A stretch of DNA of 64,000 nucleotides from Raja brachyura (Eukaryota): positions 28,458,001-28,522,000 of the forward strand of contig OY740806.1 in NCBI GenBank assembly GCA_963514005.1, read 5' to 3'. Shown piece after piece: positions 61,801 to 64,000 of this stretch. How positions within the stretch are numbered: the stretch's first letter is position 1; every line of letters begins with the position of its first letter. Under the pieces are notes generated by a model that worked only from the letters and a program-made list of their open reading frames with translations, was not told the DNA's origin and did no database searches. The position numbers and the translations under genes are program-made.

Positions 61801-63594
61801 GGTGCCAATGTTGGGTTGATTGTTGTCACTGTCTTGGTGGACTGAAGAATATGTTCTATGCTGTTCTTCTCTATGACTCTACTAATAGGTGAGGAGATGA
61901 TTCAAAGATTACCACAGGCAGGTACAATCAAATTAGCCATTCTTCTGATGACTGGCAAAGTAAGCTTGAAGGATCGAGTGGTCCTACTGCATACATTGAA
62001 GGATACCTGTGTCTCCTTGCTAAGATTTTCTGCATTATACAGGTAGAAATTATTTTATTGATTTATTAATAAAACCAGGTTCTGCAGATTGACCTGGCAG
62101 ATTAATGATCGCAGTAATGTGTGGATTTGAATACATTTGAACACAGCTAAATGAAACATTTTGCCTGCTACCTCCATTCTTTACTGTAATTACTAATTGT
62201 GGACACTTGTATTTACAGAGACCAATAAGATACAAAACCTGGAACAAAAGGAGAACACAGAATGTGTTGGAGGATGTGTTGAAGTGCCTCCTTACTTGCA
62301 ATTAAGAAGGGTTGTTATGGAAGTAATCCCAATTATTCAATTTACATTATGCATCCAAAAGTAAAGAAACTCATTCAACCCGTCCCGGTAGTACCTGCAA
62401 ACCAAAACAAATCCTATTGCCACGCTCCTTCCCAAAGCACTGCACCTTTCCCTTAATCATCGCCAACTAACCTCTTTGAAAATGAAATGGCTTTTCAATA
62501 AATCCATCTTGTAAAAAAGCAATCTATGTTGCATTAATGCATTGAAAAGAGGTGAAGGTTGACAATAAAATTTAACCAGCTGCAGGATTGAAGCCATAAT
62601 CTCAGCACCATTCTGTCTCTGTCGTCTTTGAACTTAGGGAAAAGATGCCTATTATAGGAGGAATATGCTGCTGCGTGAAGAAATTCCTGAAGCAGCTTTA
62701 AACTTCTGTAACGCATTGAGTGATCAAAGCTTAACACGGTGAATTGAGTCATTTCTCTGTTGGTGTTCATGTTAAAATATAATAATGGAGAGAGTTTAGA
62801 ATCTTCATGTCCAAATTCATGATTGATCTCCACTGTTTATCTGCAACATCTGACATTCCTAAAGATTCTGGAAAGGCCCCTAGCTCAGCTGGCTCACTAT
62901 TTCAAGCTTGCTCCTTCTTTTGCCATCAATTTACACTGATCCTGTTTTTCCACAATGGGCATACAAATATAATGTGGTACAAAAAATAATGCATACATGT
63001 AAAAATCACTAACATTAAATTTTACTTAAATGCTAACCTGAAATTTATGCTCACTTTACTGATTGCAAACCATTGGCATTTGAAAGTGGTATACCAAAAT
63101 GGCATGACTGTTTATAAGACAGGAATTTACAGCATTGAAATGGGGAAATAATGTATTCTGAGTCAATATTCTGCTTAATAATGTAGCCACGAGCAGAATT
63201 TGTAACATATTTTACAACAACTAACATTAAAGCATATTAAATATTAAAATCTGGAACCAAACATAAGAGTGGAAGAAATTGCAAATGCAAACAAAATAAG
63301 GCATTGGTCCTTAAAAATGCATAAATGTTATGTTTAACATTACACTATAAACAGGTCCAGACTCCCTCTGTCACATCTGTCAATCTCCTATGAAATATGA
63401 CTGCAGAAGGAAAAAAATACTGCACAGGATCCTGTCATAGTGAAGCAGAGCCAAAGAGACGTTAATACAATTGCACATTATAACACAGCGTAATAATTTT
63501 AATGCAAGAATAAACTATGATGCCCAATTACAGTGTAAGATTTACAATCTGGGTATGAAAAAGAATTGGTGCAGAAAAATCAAATCGGTGAAGC

Positions 63595-63990
63595 TATACA
63601 GCATGGAAACGGCCCTTTGGCCAAAGTAATGCATACCGACCAATATGCCTACATGAGCTCGTCTCGCTTGCGTCTGGCACTTATCCCTTCAAACATTTCC
63701 TATCCATGTATCTGTCCAAATGTGTTTTACATGTTGTAATTTTATCCACCCCTACCCTTTCCTCTGGCACTCCTTCCATACCCCTACCACCCTTGTTATG
63801 GAAAAAGCTGCCTCTTTGGTTTGTTTTAAATCTTTCTCCACACACATGAAATATATAATCTTTAGACTCCCCTCTCCTGGGGAGAAGACTGTGGTTACTC
63901 ACCTCATCGATCCCCCTCATGATTTTATAAACCTCTGTAAGGTCACTCCTCAGTGACCCAGCCTATTCGGCCTCTCCTTACAACTCAAAC
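63595..63990 (-). mobile_element. CR1 (HER1-like) 3' fragment
   Basis: MRGIDEV...HLDRYMDRK and the tail ggccgtttccatgctgtat. Confidence 0.8.
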
Positions 63991-64000
63991 GTTTCAGACG

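Overview
Eukaryotic, repeat-dense DNA from a cartilaginous fish, most likely a skate or ray, judged from HE1/V-SINEs, CR1(HER1)-type tails, DeuSINE remnants and a chondrichthyan Penelope-derived short repeat. No host protein-coding gene can be confidently called, so the window looks intergenic or deep intronic, and nearly all ORFs in the track are transposon-derived or spurious. Main elements: a young Rex1/Babar LINE (1860-5013, minus) split by a CR1 3' end; a full-length Tc1 DD34E transposon (8096-9708); a structurally complete DIRS1 tyrosine-recombinase retrotransposon with ITRs and ICR (38821-43519, minus); Penelope GIY-YIG/RT fragments; several MITEs; and many decayed LINEs and SINEs. Most notable: (1) a high-copy Penelope terminal repeat carrying a minimal hammerhead-ribozyme motif, often as tail-out inverted pairs; (2) two GC-rich non-autonomous retroposons, one with an SVA-like VNTR, that share structurally conserved 3' hairpins and Rex-like tails; (3) a 64-bp segment duplicated 2.1 kb away next to a perfect hairpin. 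All calls are by eye; family names need database confirmation.
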